Below are positions 52,270 to 64,000 of a DNA stretch of 64,000 nucleotides, piece by piece. Position 1 is the stretch's first letter. Every line of letters starts with the position of its first letter. Made by a program: the position numbers and the translations under genes. The notes beneath the pieces were generated by a model that made no database searches, had not been told where the DNA came from, and was given only the letters and a program-made list of their open reading frames with translations. This stretch comes from Mizuhopecten yessoensis (taxonomy: Eukaryota), in contig NW_018480039.1 in NCBI RefSeq assembly GCF_002113885.1, positions 344,531-408,530 of the forward strand. The letters are read 5' to 3'.

Positions 52270-53956
52270 AAAAATATACATTGTATATATCTAGAGGATA
52301 TTCTTGGTTTTTTTTATAGAAAATAAAAATAATTGCATGATGAAATATATTCATTTATCATGAAACTAAGATTTTTCTGTTTATTGCGTTTTTTATACAG
52401 TACATGTGTGAGGGCTTCCGTGAACAATTAGTCCATGTCTCGCCAACAAAGATGATAGGGTATGCTACTATTAAGTATTAAGGAGTGATGTAGTAAAGCG
52501 TCACAATAACAAAACGTCGACACTGTTGTGATGTCAAATTGACAGCGACCATTTTTTTTAATTTCTTAACACTTAACTCTCTGAAAGTATTATTATCGAG
52601 AAAATTTCGAAATCTCTGTTTTGAAACTGTAGAAAAATGTCAACATAGTTTTCACCGTAAAACCTTTCTTTTTACTGGTATAATGTAATAATGCTTTCAA
52701 CTTACTTTCACATATGTACAGAGTGGTACAAGTTTAATGGCGTCAGACGAAATTAGACAGTGTACCTCGGCATCATGCATCATGCTAGCCAATATTTCGT
52801 ACAGATCCCGACAGCAGGAAGCGACAGCTGGACGGTAAGCCATTACATATGTCGCAGGCTGTACAAATTCCTCAACATTTTCAGTCCAACTTTGACATAT
52901 TCTGATATAAATGTGGACTTAAAAAATAATCGGCTATTTGTAAACTGTTTTTGAAGCGACATTGATCACGTTCAGGGATTGTTGGCCATTTGTTAGGGTT
53001 GAATTTAGTATAAACAGCTGTTTTCTTTTATTGCTGTCAACTCTGGTGACAGATGGGTTGATTGGGGTGCGATATGTTTATAAATGCAGACATATAAAAA
53101 TATCAATAAACATCAGCTATTAAATGGCGCGTACTGAGAGCGTGTTGGTGTGCTTTTTCAACATAAATATATGTTTTATAATTTAGTGTCCTTGTATTGA
53201 TTTGCTTTTTGTCGAATGTAAACCGACATAAATCCCTCCATCCTGATGGTAGCTTCGCTTGGAATATCAATATTTTTTTTCTTACCTAAACTCGACGACT
53301 ATTTTCATTCAACTGTTTATATTTGACTGGAAATTAAAAATCTAAATCATACATTTTGTACTTCTAGATTCAACTGAAAGTTATTTGAGGTACATTAGTT
53401 GAAATATGAATCAATGATATAAACTCAGTATCTTACTGTGCCATTTTTGCTGTTTACAAAAGAGTTTCATGATGGTAAACGTATAAATATCTTTTATAGT
53501 GGATACTTTATAGAACACAAAATGAAAATATTTAAAGGGAGGTAACTCTAGCAAAACTCATAAGGATGACACCTGAGGTACTATGTACAGATGTACCTTT
53601 AAATGTGCTTGGTACATGTATGTTCGACTAATTCTTCCACCTTTCTCTCTCATCTTTTTCTTAATCCTGATCGTGGAAAAAGTAGGCATGCTTTATCTTG
53701 CTTCCTGACTTATGTAGAGCCAAGTCAGAACTCCAGGGTTTCTTCTGTGTTTTCTGCTCTGCTTCGACCAATATAACTCTTCAGGCCTCTTTATTTTTCT
53801 TTTCTCGACTACATATACTTAATTCCCGATGGTGTCTCTCTAGACATCCGTCTTTACGTAACCTTAAATACCGCGAGGATGTAAACCCTTAACAAAAAAC
53901 ATAAATAGGTACATGCATTCTTCTGTAGCACTTCGAATCTTTAGAATGGCCCTTAA

Positions 53957-54603
53957 GGTAATAGGATTGTGTCACCATTTCTCAGTAGAATTTCTTCAAA
54001 TTGTGTAGTTATATTGCTTTAAAGTAATGAAAATTTTCTGCCACAAAAAAAGTATAAGTTGTCAGAATTTTAAGAATTTTAAATGGAAATTTATGTAAAA
54101 AGGAGTGAATTTAAAAAAAAAAATGAAAGACACAGTATTTTTACAAAATAATGTCAATAAAAATGATACTGACATATATTAGTATTGCATTAATGTACAT
54201 CAATTTAATAAATGCTGAAATTGTGTAAAATTAATTCTCTATACACGATATAAAATTTTACATTTTATAATAAAACCATATACACATAGTAATTGCAGGC
54301 AAGAGTTATCGTTCTTGAAAACCTTCACAGTAGTGAAATAGGTAGCCGGTTTCCTGAAGTACAGAAAAATCGACACATGTGACTCATTGATAAAAAAAAA
54401 AAAAAAATGAATTAATACCTGGATTGCTTTAAAATACTTTAATATTGAGAGAACACACTGTTCTGTCAATAATAAACATACAATATTCATCAGTTTAATA
54501 TTAAACATTAGAATTTGCGGAACTTGTGATACTGTCTCTCTACATTGGATTTTCAACTAGGGATGTACTTCCTGTTTCCGTTTATCAATACACTCCAATG
54601 ACC
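53957..54603. mobile_element. Non-autonomous Kolobok-like DNA transposon
   Basis: TTAA on both sides (53953-53956 and 54604-54607), GG...CC termini, imperfect TIR ggtaataggattgt versus ggtcattggagtgt (11/14). Confidence 0.55.
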
Positions 54604-55811
54604 TTAAATGGCATCACCCCCTTAGGGCACGCCGTCACACACCATCAAACTAAAGAAAAATCAGTTGATCGGAATATTGGGTACCATGAACTTATCTAGC
54701 GAGTGATGGAGCTGTTTTATGTCATTCGTACTTTCCTGGCAAGTCGTCATGGTTACGCCGGTGTAGCGTGTCGGACTGTTGGTACAAATATCACGTGCAT
54801 GTGTTTTGTTCACGATCACAACAGCAATCAATGCCTTCGTTTCTTCGATGTGCAGTAATATAAATCTCGGACAAATATTGATGTTTGGAAAGTATGGGTA
54901 GCGATCTTGAATTATTCACAGTTCAAAGACACTTATCTTTGAGTTTTTAATTGATTTTAAAATCGTTATTCTTCAGACAATGGTGTTGTATGCATTATTC
55001 AGATTTGAGTTACAGTAGCACTCCTAATAGTATACGTAATGACTTCATTAGACACATTAACTGAGTCAAGTCGGCGTTCATCTCGGACAAAAAAAATACG
55101 GCAAATGCAAATATAACGTGAAAATGAAGCATAAAATATATATCGGTGTTTGTCAATCTGCTGGCGCGTACCAGTGGGCAGTGACGCGTGAGATGCTTGT
55201 AAGAACAGCGAAACAAAGCCATGTAGAATAGTAATATTCACATCTATCTGATCAGGAAAGGCAATAGTCTGCCTATATACTATATGTAGATTGTTCCACT
55301 TTGTTCGTGCTTTCTTAAATGGCTTTTTGACACCGATTTCATTATCAAATTGAAATAAAATTCTTCCGCGACTGACGTCATCAATATCTATCATTTCTTT
55401 CAAATAAGATGCATCATACATAAACTTAACTGTATTAATCATTCAATGTTTTTCAGCGGGTCACATGAAATCGACATTCACAATGAGGAGGCTATCTTTG
55501 TTTTACGTCAATCTACGACATCACAAACAACGGTGACGTCGACACATTTGATCGCACAAGAGTGCTGACATGCTGGAAGACGTTTTGATAGAGAATATGT
55601 TACAGTATATCACCTGTCAACTGTCCATACCAGTCACACTCTGATATACATGTCTATCAATACAGTACATTGAGTAGGGCTACTGTGGGTAGTGGGTGAG
55701 AACCAATACCACCGTGTATGGCTTTTATTTATTTATATGATGCTGACTCTATGTGTGAAAAGTTGTCATCCACCCATTTGTGGTGTTTTCCCTGCGTTGA
55801 AATTCAGTATA

Positions 55812-58800
55812 CGAAGTTGTCTTCCCTTGTATGATGTTTCTCACAAAGTGTTGATAATTGCTTTACCTTTTATTATGTTTCCACAACGTGTTAACAGTTT
55901 CGTTTTCCTTGTATGATGTTTCCCCAACGTGTTAATTGTTTCGTTTTCTAGTATGATGTTTACCCAACGTGTTAATGGTTTCGTTTCCTTGTATGTTTCC
56001 CCAACGTGATAATAGTTTCGTTTCCTTGTATGTTTCCACAACGTGTTAACAGTTTCGTTTTCCTTGTATGATGTTTCTCCAAAAGTGTTGATAGTTGCTT
56101 TACCCTTTATGATGTTTCCCCAACGTGTTAATAGTTTCATCCCTTGTATGATGTTTCCAAAACGTGTTTATAGTTTCGTTCCCTTGTATGATGTTTCCCC
56201 AACGTGTTAACAGTTTCGATTCCTTGTATGATGTTTCTCCAAAAGTGTAAATAGTTTCGTTCCCTTGTATGTTTCTCAAATGTGTTAATAGTTTCGTTTC
56301 CTTGTATGTTGTTTCTCCAAATGTGTTAATAGTTTCGTTTCCTTGTATGTTTCCCCAATGTGATAATAGTTTCGTTTCGTGTTTATAGCTGTCTACCCTT
56401 TTATAATGTTTCCCCAACGTGTAAATAGTGTCGTTTTCTTGTTTTTCCTTGTATATTGTTCCCTAAAGTGTAAATAGTTTTGTTTCATTGTATGATGTTT
56501 CCCCAACGTGTTAGTAATTTCGTGCCATTGTATGATGTTTCCCAAACGTTAAAAGTTTCGTTTCCTTGTATGATGTTTCCCCAACGTGTTGATAGTTTCG
56601 TTCCCTTCAATGATGTTTCCCCAACGTGTTCATAGTTTCGTTCACTTGTATGATATATCCCCCGTGTTCATAGTTTCGTTCCATTGTATGATGTTTCCCC
56701 AACGTATCAATAGTTTTGTTTCCTTATATGATGTTTCCCCAACGTGTTCATAGTTTCGTTCCCTTCAATGATGTTTCCCCAACGTGTTCATAGTTTCGTT
56801 CCCTCGTATGATGTTTCCCCAACGTGTTCATAGTTTCATTCCCTTGTTTGATGTTTCCCCAACTTGTTATTAGTTTCGTTTCCTTGTACGCTCTTTCCCC
56901 CGAGTTGATAGTTTCGTTCCATTGTATGATGTTACCCCATCGCGTTGATAGTTTCGTTCCTTTGTATGATATTTCTCCAACGTGTTCCTAGTTAGTTTCG
57001 TTCCCTTGTATGATGTTTTCCCAACGTGTTTTTAGTTTCGTTCCCTTGTATTATGTTTTGCCATCGTGTTGATAGTTTCGTTCCCTTGTATGATGCTTCG
57101 CCATCGTGTTGATAGTTTCGTTCCCTTGTATGATGTTTCGCCAACGTGTTGATAGTTTCGTTCCCTTGTATGATGTTTTGTCAACGCGTTCATAGTTTCG
57201 TTCCCTTCAATGATGTTTCCCCAACGTGTTGATAGTTTCGCTCACTTGTATGATATTTCCCCCGTGTTCATAGTTTCGTTCCCTTGTATGATGCTTCCCC
57301 AACGTGTTCATAGTTTCGTTCCCTTCAATGATGTTTCCCCACCGTGTTCATAGTTTCGTTCCCTTCAATGATGTTTCCCCACCGTGTTCATAGTTTCGTT
57401 CCCTTCAATGATGTTTCCCCACCGTGTTCATAGTTTCGTTCCCTTCAATGATGTTTCCCCACCGTGTTCATAGTTTCGTTCACTTGTATGATATTTCCCC
57501 CGTGTTCATAGTTTCGTTCCATTGTATGATGTTTCCCCAACGTGTCAATAGTTTTGTTTCCTTATATGATGTTTCCCCAACGTGTTAATAGTTTCGTTCC
57601 CTTGTATGATGTTTTCCCAGCGTGTTTATAGTTTCGTTTCCTTGTATGATGTTTCGCCATCGTGTTGATAGTTTAGTTCCCTTGTATGATGTTTCCCTAA
57701 CGTGTTCATAGTTTCTTTCACTTGTATGCTATTTCCCCCGTGTTCATAGTTTCGTTCTCTTGTATGATGTTTCCCCAACGTGTTCATAGTTTCGTTTCCT
57801 TGTATGATATTTCCCCAACGTGTTCATAGTTTCGTTCACTTGTATGATATTTCCCCCGTGTTCATAGTTTCGTTCCCTTGTATGATGTTTCCACAGCGTG
57901 TCAATAGTTTTGTTTCCTTATATGATGTTTCCCCAACGTGTTAATAGTTTCGTTCCCTTATATGTTTCCCCAACGTGTTAATAGTTTCGTTACCTTGTAT
58001 GATGTTTCCCCAACGTGTTATTAGTTTCGTTTCCTTGTACGCTCTTTCCCCCGAGTTGATAGTTTCGTTCCCTTGTATGATGTTTCCCGATCTTGTTGAT
58101 AGTTTCGTTCCCTTGTATGATATTTCTCCAACGTGTTCCTAGTTTCGTTCCCTTGTATGATGTTTCCCCAACGTGTTTATAGTTTCGTTCACTTGTATGA
58201 TGTTTTCCCAACGTGTTTATAGTTTCGTTCCCTTATATGATGTTTCGTCATCGTGTTGATAGTTTCGTTCCCTTGTATGATGTTTCGCCATCGTGTTGAT
58301 AGTTTCGTTCCCTTGTATGATGTTTCGCCAACGTGTTGATTATTTCGTTCCCTTGTATGATGTTTCGTCAACGTGTTCATAGTTTCGTTCACTTCAATGA
58401 TGTTTCCCCAACGTGTTGATAGTTTCGTTCACTTGTATGATATTTCCCCCGTGTTCATAGTTTCGTTCCCTTGTATGATGTTTCCCCAACGTGTTCATAG
58501 TTTCGTCCCTTCAATGATGTTTCCCCAGTGTGTTCATAGTTTCGTTCACTTGTATGATATTTCCCCCGTGTTCATAGTTTCGTTCCATTGTATGATGTTT
58601 CCCCAACGTGTCAATAGTTTTGTTTCCTTATATGATGCTTCCCCAACGTGTTAATAGTTTCGTTCCCTTGTATGATGTTTTCCCAGCGTGTTTATAGTTT
58701 CGTTCCCTTGTATGATGTTTCGCCATCGTGTTGATAGTTTAGTTCCCTTGTATGATGTTTCCCTAACGTGTTCATAGTTTCTTTCACTTGTATGCTATTC

Positions 58801-60480
58801 CCCCCGTGTTCATAGTTTCGTTCTCTTGTATGATGTTTCCCCAACGTGTTAATAGTTTCGTTCCCTTGTATGATGTTTCCCCAACGTGTTATTAGTTTCG
58901 TTTCCTTGTACGCTCTTTCCCCCGAGTTGATAGTTTCGTTCCCTTGTATGATGTTTCCCGATCGTGTTGATAGTTTCGTTCCCTTGTATGATGTTTCTCC
59001 AACGTGTTCCTAGTTTCGTTCCCCTGTATGATGTTTCCCCAACGTGTTTATAGTTTCGTTCACTTGTATGATGTTTTCCCAACGTGTTTATAGTTTCGTT
59101 CCCTTATATGATGTTTCGTCATCGTGTTGATAGTTTCGTTCCCTTGCATGATGTTTCGCCATCGTGTTGATAGTTTCGTTCCCTTGTATGATGTTTCCCC
59201 AACGTGTTGATAGTTTCGTTCACTTGTATGATGTTTTCCCAACGTGTTGATAGTTTCCTTCCCCTGTATGATGTTTCCCCAACGTATTAATAGTTTCGTT
59301 TCCTTGTATGATATTTCCCCCGTGTTCATAGTTTCGTTCCCTTATATGATGTTTCCGCAACGTGTTGATAGTTTCGTTCCCTGGTATGATGTTTCCACAA
59401 CGTGTTGATAGTTTCGTTCCCTTCTATGATGTTTCCCAAACGTGTTGATAGTACCCTTCCCTTGTATGATATTTCTCCAACGTGTTGATAGTTTCGTTCC
59501 CTTGTATGATGTTTCCACAACGTGTTGATAGTTTCGTTCCCTTCTATGATGTTTCCCAACCGTGTTTATAGTTTCGTTCCCCTGTATGGTGTTTCCCCAA
59601 CGTGTTAATAGTATCCTTCCCTTGTATGATATTTCTCCAACGTGTTGATAGTTTCGTTCCCCTGTATGATGTTTCTCCAACGTGTTGATAGTTTCGTTCC
59701 CTTGTATGATGTTTCTCCAACGTGTTGATAGTTTCGTTCCCTTGTATGATGTTTTTCCAACGTGTTGATAGTTTCGTTCCCTTGTATGGTGTTTCCCCAG
59801 CGTGTTAATAGTTTCGTTCCCTTCTATGATGTTTCTCCAACGTGTTGATAGTTTCGTTCCCTTGTATGATGTTTCTCCAACGTGTTGATAGTTTCGTTCC
59901 CTTGTATGATGTTTCTCCAACGTGTTAATAGTTTCGTTCCCTTGTATGATGTTTCGCCAACGTGTAAATAGTTTCGTTCCCAGGTATGATGTTTCCGCAA
60001 CGTGTTGATAGTTTCGTTCCCTTTTATGATGTTTCCGCAACGTGTTGAAAGTTTCGTTCCCTTTTATGATGTTTCCGCAACGTGTTGATAGTTTCGTTCC
60101 CTTTTATGATGTTTCCGCAACGTGTTGATAGTATCCTTCCCTTGTATGATATTTCCCCAACGTGTTAATAGTTTCCCTCCCCTGTATGATGTTCCACATC
60201 GCGTTTATATGTATTTCCTTTGTATGATGTTTTTCCAAAAGGTTAATTATTATTTGCTATTGTATGATGTTTCCCGAATATGTGCATAGTTTCCTTCCCT
60301 TGTGTGGTATTTCCATAACCTGATAATACATGTAGTTGTCTTTCATTGTTTCATGTGTTTCCTTCGCGTTACATGTGATATTCTTCGTCCCAGGTAATTT
60401 GGTTCCTCAACGTGTTAAATCTTGTTCCCTTGTTTGGTTTTTCCCCACATGTTCAAAGCTGTCTTTCTTTGTATGATGCA
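55812..60480. repeat. Satellite array, 40-bp unit (gtttcgttcccttgtatgatgtttccccaacgtgttgata)
   Basis: About 4.6 kb. Unit is two related 20-mers, with 38-bp variants, higher-order blocks and degenerate edges. Confidence 0.97.
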
Positions 60481-62856
60481 ATCACTCCCCCCAAACCCCA
60501 ACCCCTAACCCTCAGGAATTTTTAATAGCATTCACTTTTATTTTGCACGTTTTTCTCATGCGTTCATAGTGTTTGTCATTTGTTTGATTCAAACCCATGT
60601 GTTAGTATCTTGTTTTCCTTGTGAGATGTCTCCATCTACGTGTAAATATGTGTCCTTCCATGTGCATGTATGTTTTTGTACCATACATTACGTGATACAA
60701 TGCATTAGCTGTGCTTCCAATTATGTTGCTGTACCTTACGTGATAATAGCTGTCTTTCCTGGTATCATGTTGTCTCCACTTGTAAATAATTGTCGATCAC
60801 ATGTTCGATGTGTTTTACCAGAGACCACAGATTCCTATTTGTGTACACGTCTTCTTTGACTTTTCTTGCATTTGAACGCTTGTACCAGGCGATAATGCTG
60901 ATGTCTATGAAATTAAGAGGCATGGTAAGAGTTTGTCGTAGTCTTTCCAGAGCATGGCTATACATGCGTGACATGACCCATGTTTACTGGAGCACGTCTG
61001 ATTGGGCTATTGTATCCTGCGCGACAGAGCCATTCCAGGATTTGTCAAATAAATCAATTTCGAATGTAGTTGAGTCAAGTAGGGCTAACCAACTCTTCAA
61101 GGTAGATTGATGTGTGTATTTAGTGACACATTCCTTATTGTTTATCACTTATGCACCATCAATCTACCGGGAGATATATCCACCTTGCAGTTGCCATTGG
61201 AAACCGAGATGCGCTATTGAAATGTTGTTTGAAACAGATCGAACCAAACCCACGCCGTTTTAACATCACTCTCCTCAAATGATACCGGTACATTTATGGA
61301 TTTACAAACGGGGATGTTATGACTCCCCTATGACATCTCAAACGTACAGTTCAGAAACTCTAAACGTTCAGAAGGGGGAAGAGGGAGAAGGGGGGATTGT
61401 GAAGCTGTACAAATAAAGTGACCATAATAAATAAAAACCATAATCATAATAGGATGATGTTATACTCTGTACACTTGTTATGGTATTTCCTCCTAGGTAG
61501 AGATGATACATCAGTAATATCAAGTGTTGGCATGACATTCATTTATACGATACGTTCGGTTACACGTAAAATGGTATAATGTATACATTTTGTTTGCTTA
61601 TGAATACATTTGCAGGACGCATGTGCAGGTTTTGAGGCGACGAATGTGTGGGGAACGGGGCTGTAAAATAGTTTGTTGCGGCCTTTTTTTGTAACGGTCC
61701 GGTGTTGACAGTGCTGGAACTGATACTGATCTGTTTTCTGTTCGCTGTTACCACTGCCCTGTCTATCTGGACACACATACCGTGTAATGCTACAGGAACC
61801 ATTTTTGTATCAGGTGAACTTAGGTAACTTGATTGCGTTAATGGAGCTATATGACTTGAACAAACAAACCATCTTCCATTCAATCACAAGTATAGCAGTA
61901 GGACAACACCATGTGGCATTGGTTGCAAATATCTGTATGATACTGATGAGTTCAAAAGGTGGAGACAACGTGTTCAGAAGTTAACGTTAGGCCGAAACAC
62001 CTATGAAATCAGTTGAAAAACGTACATAATTATATAGAAACAACAAGATACATAATAGGATATCGCAAAAGTATTTGATACTCTCATACAAGGTTTATCC
62101 TAGGCTCGGTGGTATCAATCAATCTGACCCAAAGAAATGTTCGAAATTGTTTCTGTCAAAAATGTCTCTGAAGGACTCTAATGGTGTCGTTCCAACAACA
62201 CTTCCTACAGTGTCCTGGGGTATTAGTCCATGAACATTGTGCTTTTGCGCAATCAGTTCATATGAACATGGATTTGAACGAATATAAAATTTAAATGTTC
62301 CAGTTCTTTTGCGAAGTATGCCGTATTGAAGATCTCGTTACCATACTTATCTATTAGAATACGATATTACAATAAATGAAGGATATTTTGGATATGCCAA
62401 CCTTTTATCATTTTCAATCTTTATTGTATCTGTGCTACCTACTACTATTCCAAATCCAATGTTTTATCGGTAAGGTATTTAGATGTTTATAATCTCATAG
62501 ACAAAATTCCTTATTTATAACGTTCTATTATGCAGAATAAACAATGATCTATATACAGTTATTGCTTGTTTGCATAGACGTACGTAAGAGTATGTTTTAA
62601 AAAAATGAGGTATAACTTACCTCAATTTATATACAGTTTTTCTAAAGAATGTCAGCCAGCTTGAATTTGTTTTTAAAGTTCAATATACCAAAAACTGCAT
62701 TTACAATATGATAGCCATATATATGGTACATGCATATATATACAGTGTATATAGGCTATTGACGTTCATAACGGTATGGCAATGACGAGCTTACCGTATA
62801 ATCCGTATATTTTACATTTGCAGTGCAGTTCTCTGTATGCGCATTACCGGATTTCA

Positions 62857-62950
62857 AGACTGGGTGTCCTGTTTTAGGCTTTCTTAACTCCGCACGGCTT
62901 CGCTTCGAATAACGCAGCCATGCAGAGAGAAATTGCAGGTAACCCAGTCT
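62857..62950. repeat. Small foldback of about 94 bp
   Basis: Ends agactgggt / acccagtct; inner arms tccgcacggct / agccatgcaga. Confidence 0.5.
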
Positions 62951-64000
62951 AGCTAAAACTTTCGTGACGTTGCATATGTTTTTCCTTGTGAAGTCATATA
63001 TTGACATTATATATTGCTTGAAGAATGCATATGCTTTAAATGATCAACTGGCTACGACTATTTTTATAAGCGCCAATTGTATTTGAATAGCGCTGTCCCG
63101 TCAATGTCGTTTTATTGACGGTACATATATACATGAAATAACATAGTAACTTCATTCATTAATTAAGGAAAATCAAATCAAACAAAGCTATTATTTATAT
63201 TATAATTACAATGTATCAATATGCTGACAAAACGGATTTTTTAATGCCGGTATGAACGCAAATCCAATCCATGTACAACCAAATGTAACATAAAGCCTAG
63301 CGGGTGTTTTGCAATATGGATACAACCGATTGTCGTTTAAATCAGCTTGAGTATTCACAAAGAAACAGAGAGTTCAGTTCCTATAGCTTGAGTGCATTAC
63401 GGCAATCCATCGATCCTGGTCCCTTGAGAGATTGATTCGAACCTTTTCACCGTAATATTTGAAGCATACTGCCAAGCGTCTCATTGACAAATATATAAAA
63501 ATGATTCATTTACCTGGACCACGGTCTAAGATAACTAATTCCGCGCCTGGACGAGTCTGCAATGAAAGATATTTTTATTCTTAACATAAAATTTACCTTA
63601 AATACATTTTATACATTTATAGGAGACTTCAAAATGTAAATACAAGCCAAGTTGTATATATGTTCGATTTTACAATCAACAATACTAAACACATAATTAA
63701 TATAAAGGTTGTAGCGTGACTTTAAAATATAAATATAACAGCGACATATATCGTTCGATATAAGATCTGGAATAAAGAGAACGGTTTTGAGAATCCGCAA
63801 AGAGAATGATTAGACTTATCTTATTAGCGCTTTATGTAATAGAGAAGTGATTACGTTAGTGGCCCTCTGTTACCCAATTTATCCTTTGAATTGAAGTATA
63901 TACTTCAAGTAGCTCATACTACAATTCCAATATAACCATTATATGTAAGCAGCGAACCCCTACAGCAGGTTTTCATGTCTTTTATCTACGCCTGTTAACG

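Noticed and set aside
55841-60040. Repetitive ORFs (GKHHTRERNYQH...)
   Set aside because: Translation of the 40-bp satellite. The unit is not a multiple of three, so the peptide cycles through frames.
60487-60512. Interstitial telomeric repeat
   Set aside because: Only one perfect CCCTAA unit in a short C-rich patch.
62120-62310. Minus-strand LINE C-terminal remnant or coding exon
   Set aside because: Only a vague LESFR resemblance, with no supporting motifs or splice evidence.

Overview
AT-rich animal genomic DNA, not prokaryotic. The SINE and foldback families look like those of bivalve molluscs, possibly a scallop; this is recognition from memory, not a database search. The window holds one clear protein-coding gene: an intronless Shaker/Kv1-family voltage-gated K+ channel on the minus strand (ATG 48597 to stop 47248, 449 aa). 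The channel is unusually divergent. S4 is one Arg-X-X triplet short, the S6 gate and S4-S5 linker carry polar substitutions, and there is essentially no C-terminal tail. The rest is repeat-rich: a decayed 5'-truncated CR1-group LINE, and a tRNA-derived SINE sharing that LINE's 3' stem-loop tail; several other V-domain-like SINEs; a fossil PIF/Harbinger transposon; a Kolobok-like TTAA element; many foldback elements; and tandem arrays with 42-, 25-, 44- and 40-bp units. The 44-bp array contains a patchwork internal inversion, and the 40-bp array has higher-order blocks. Most other ORFs in the track appear spurious.
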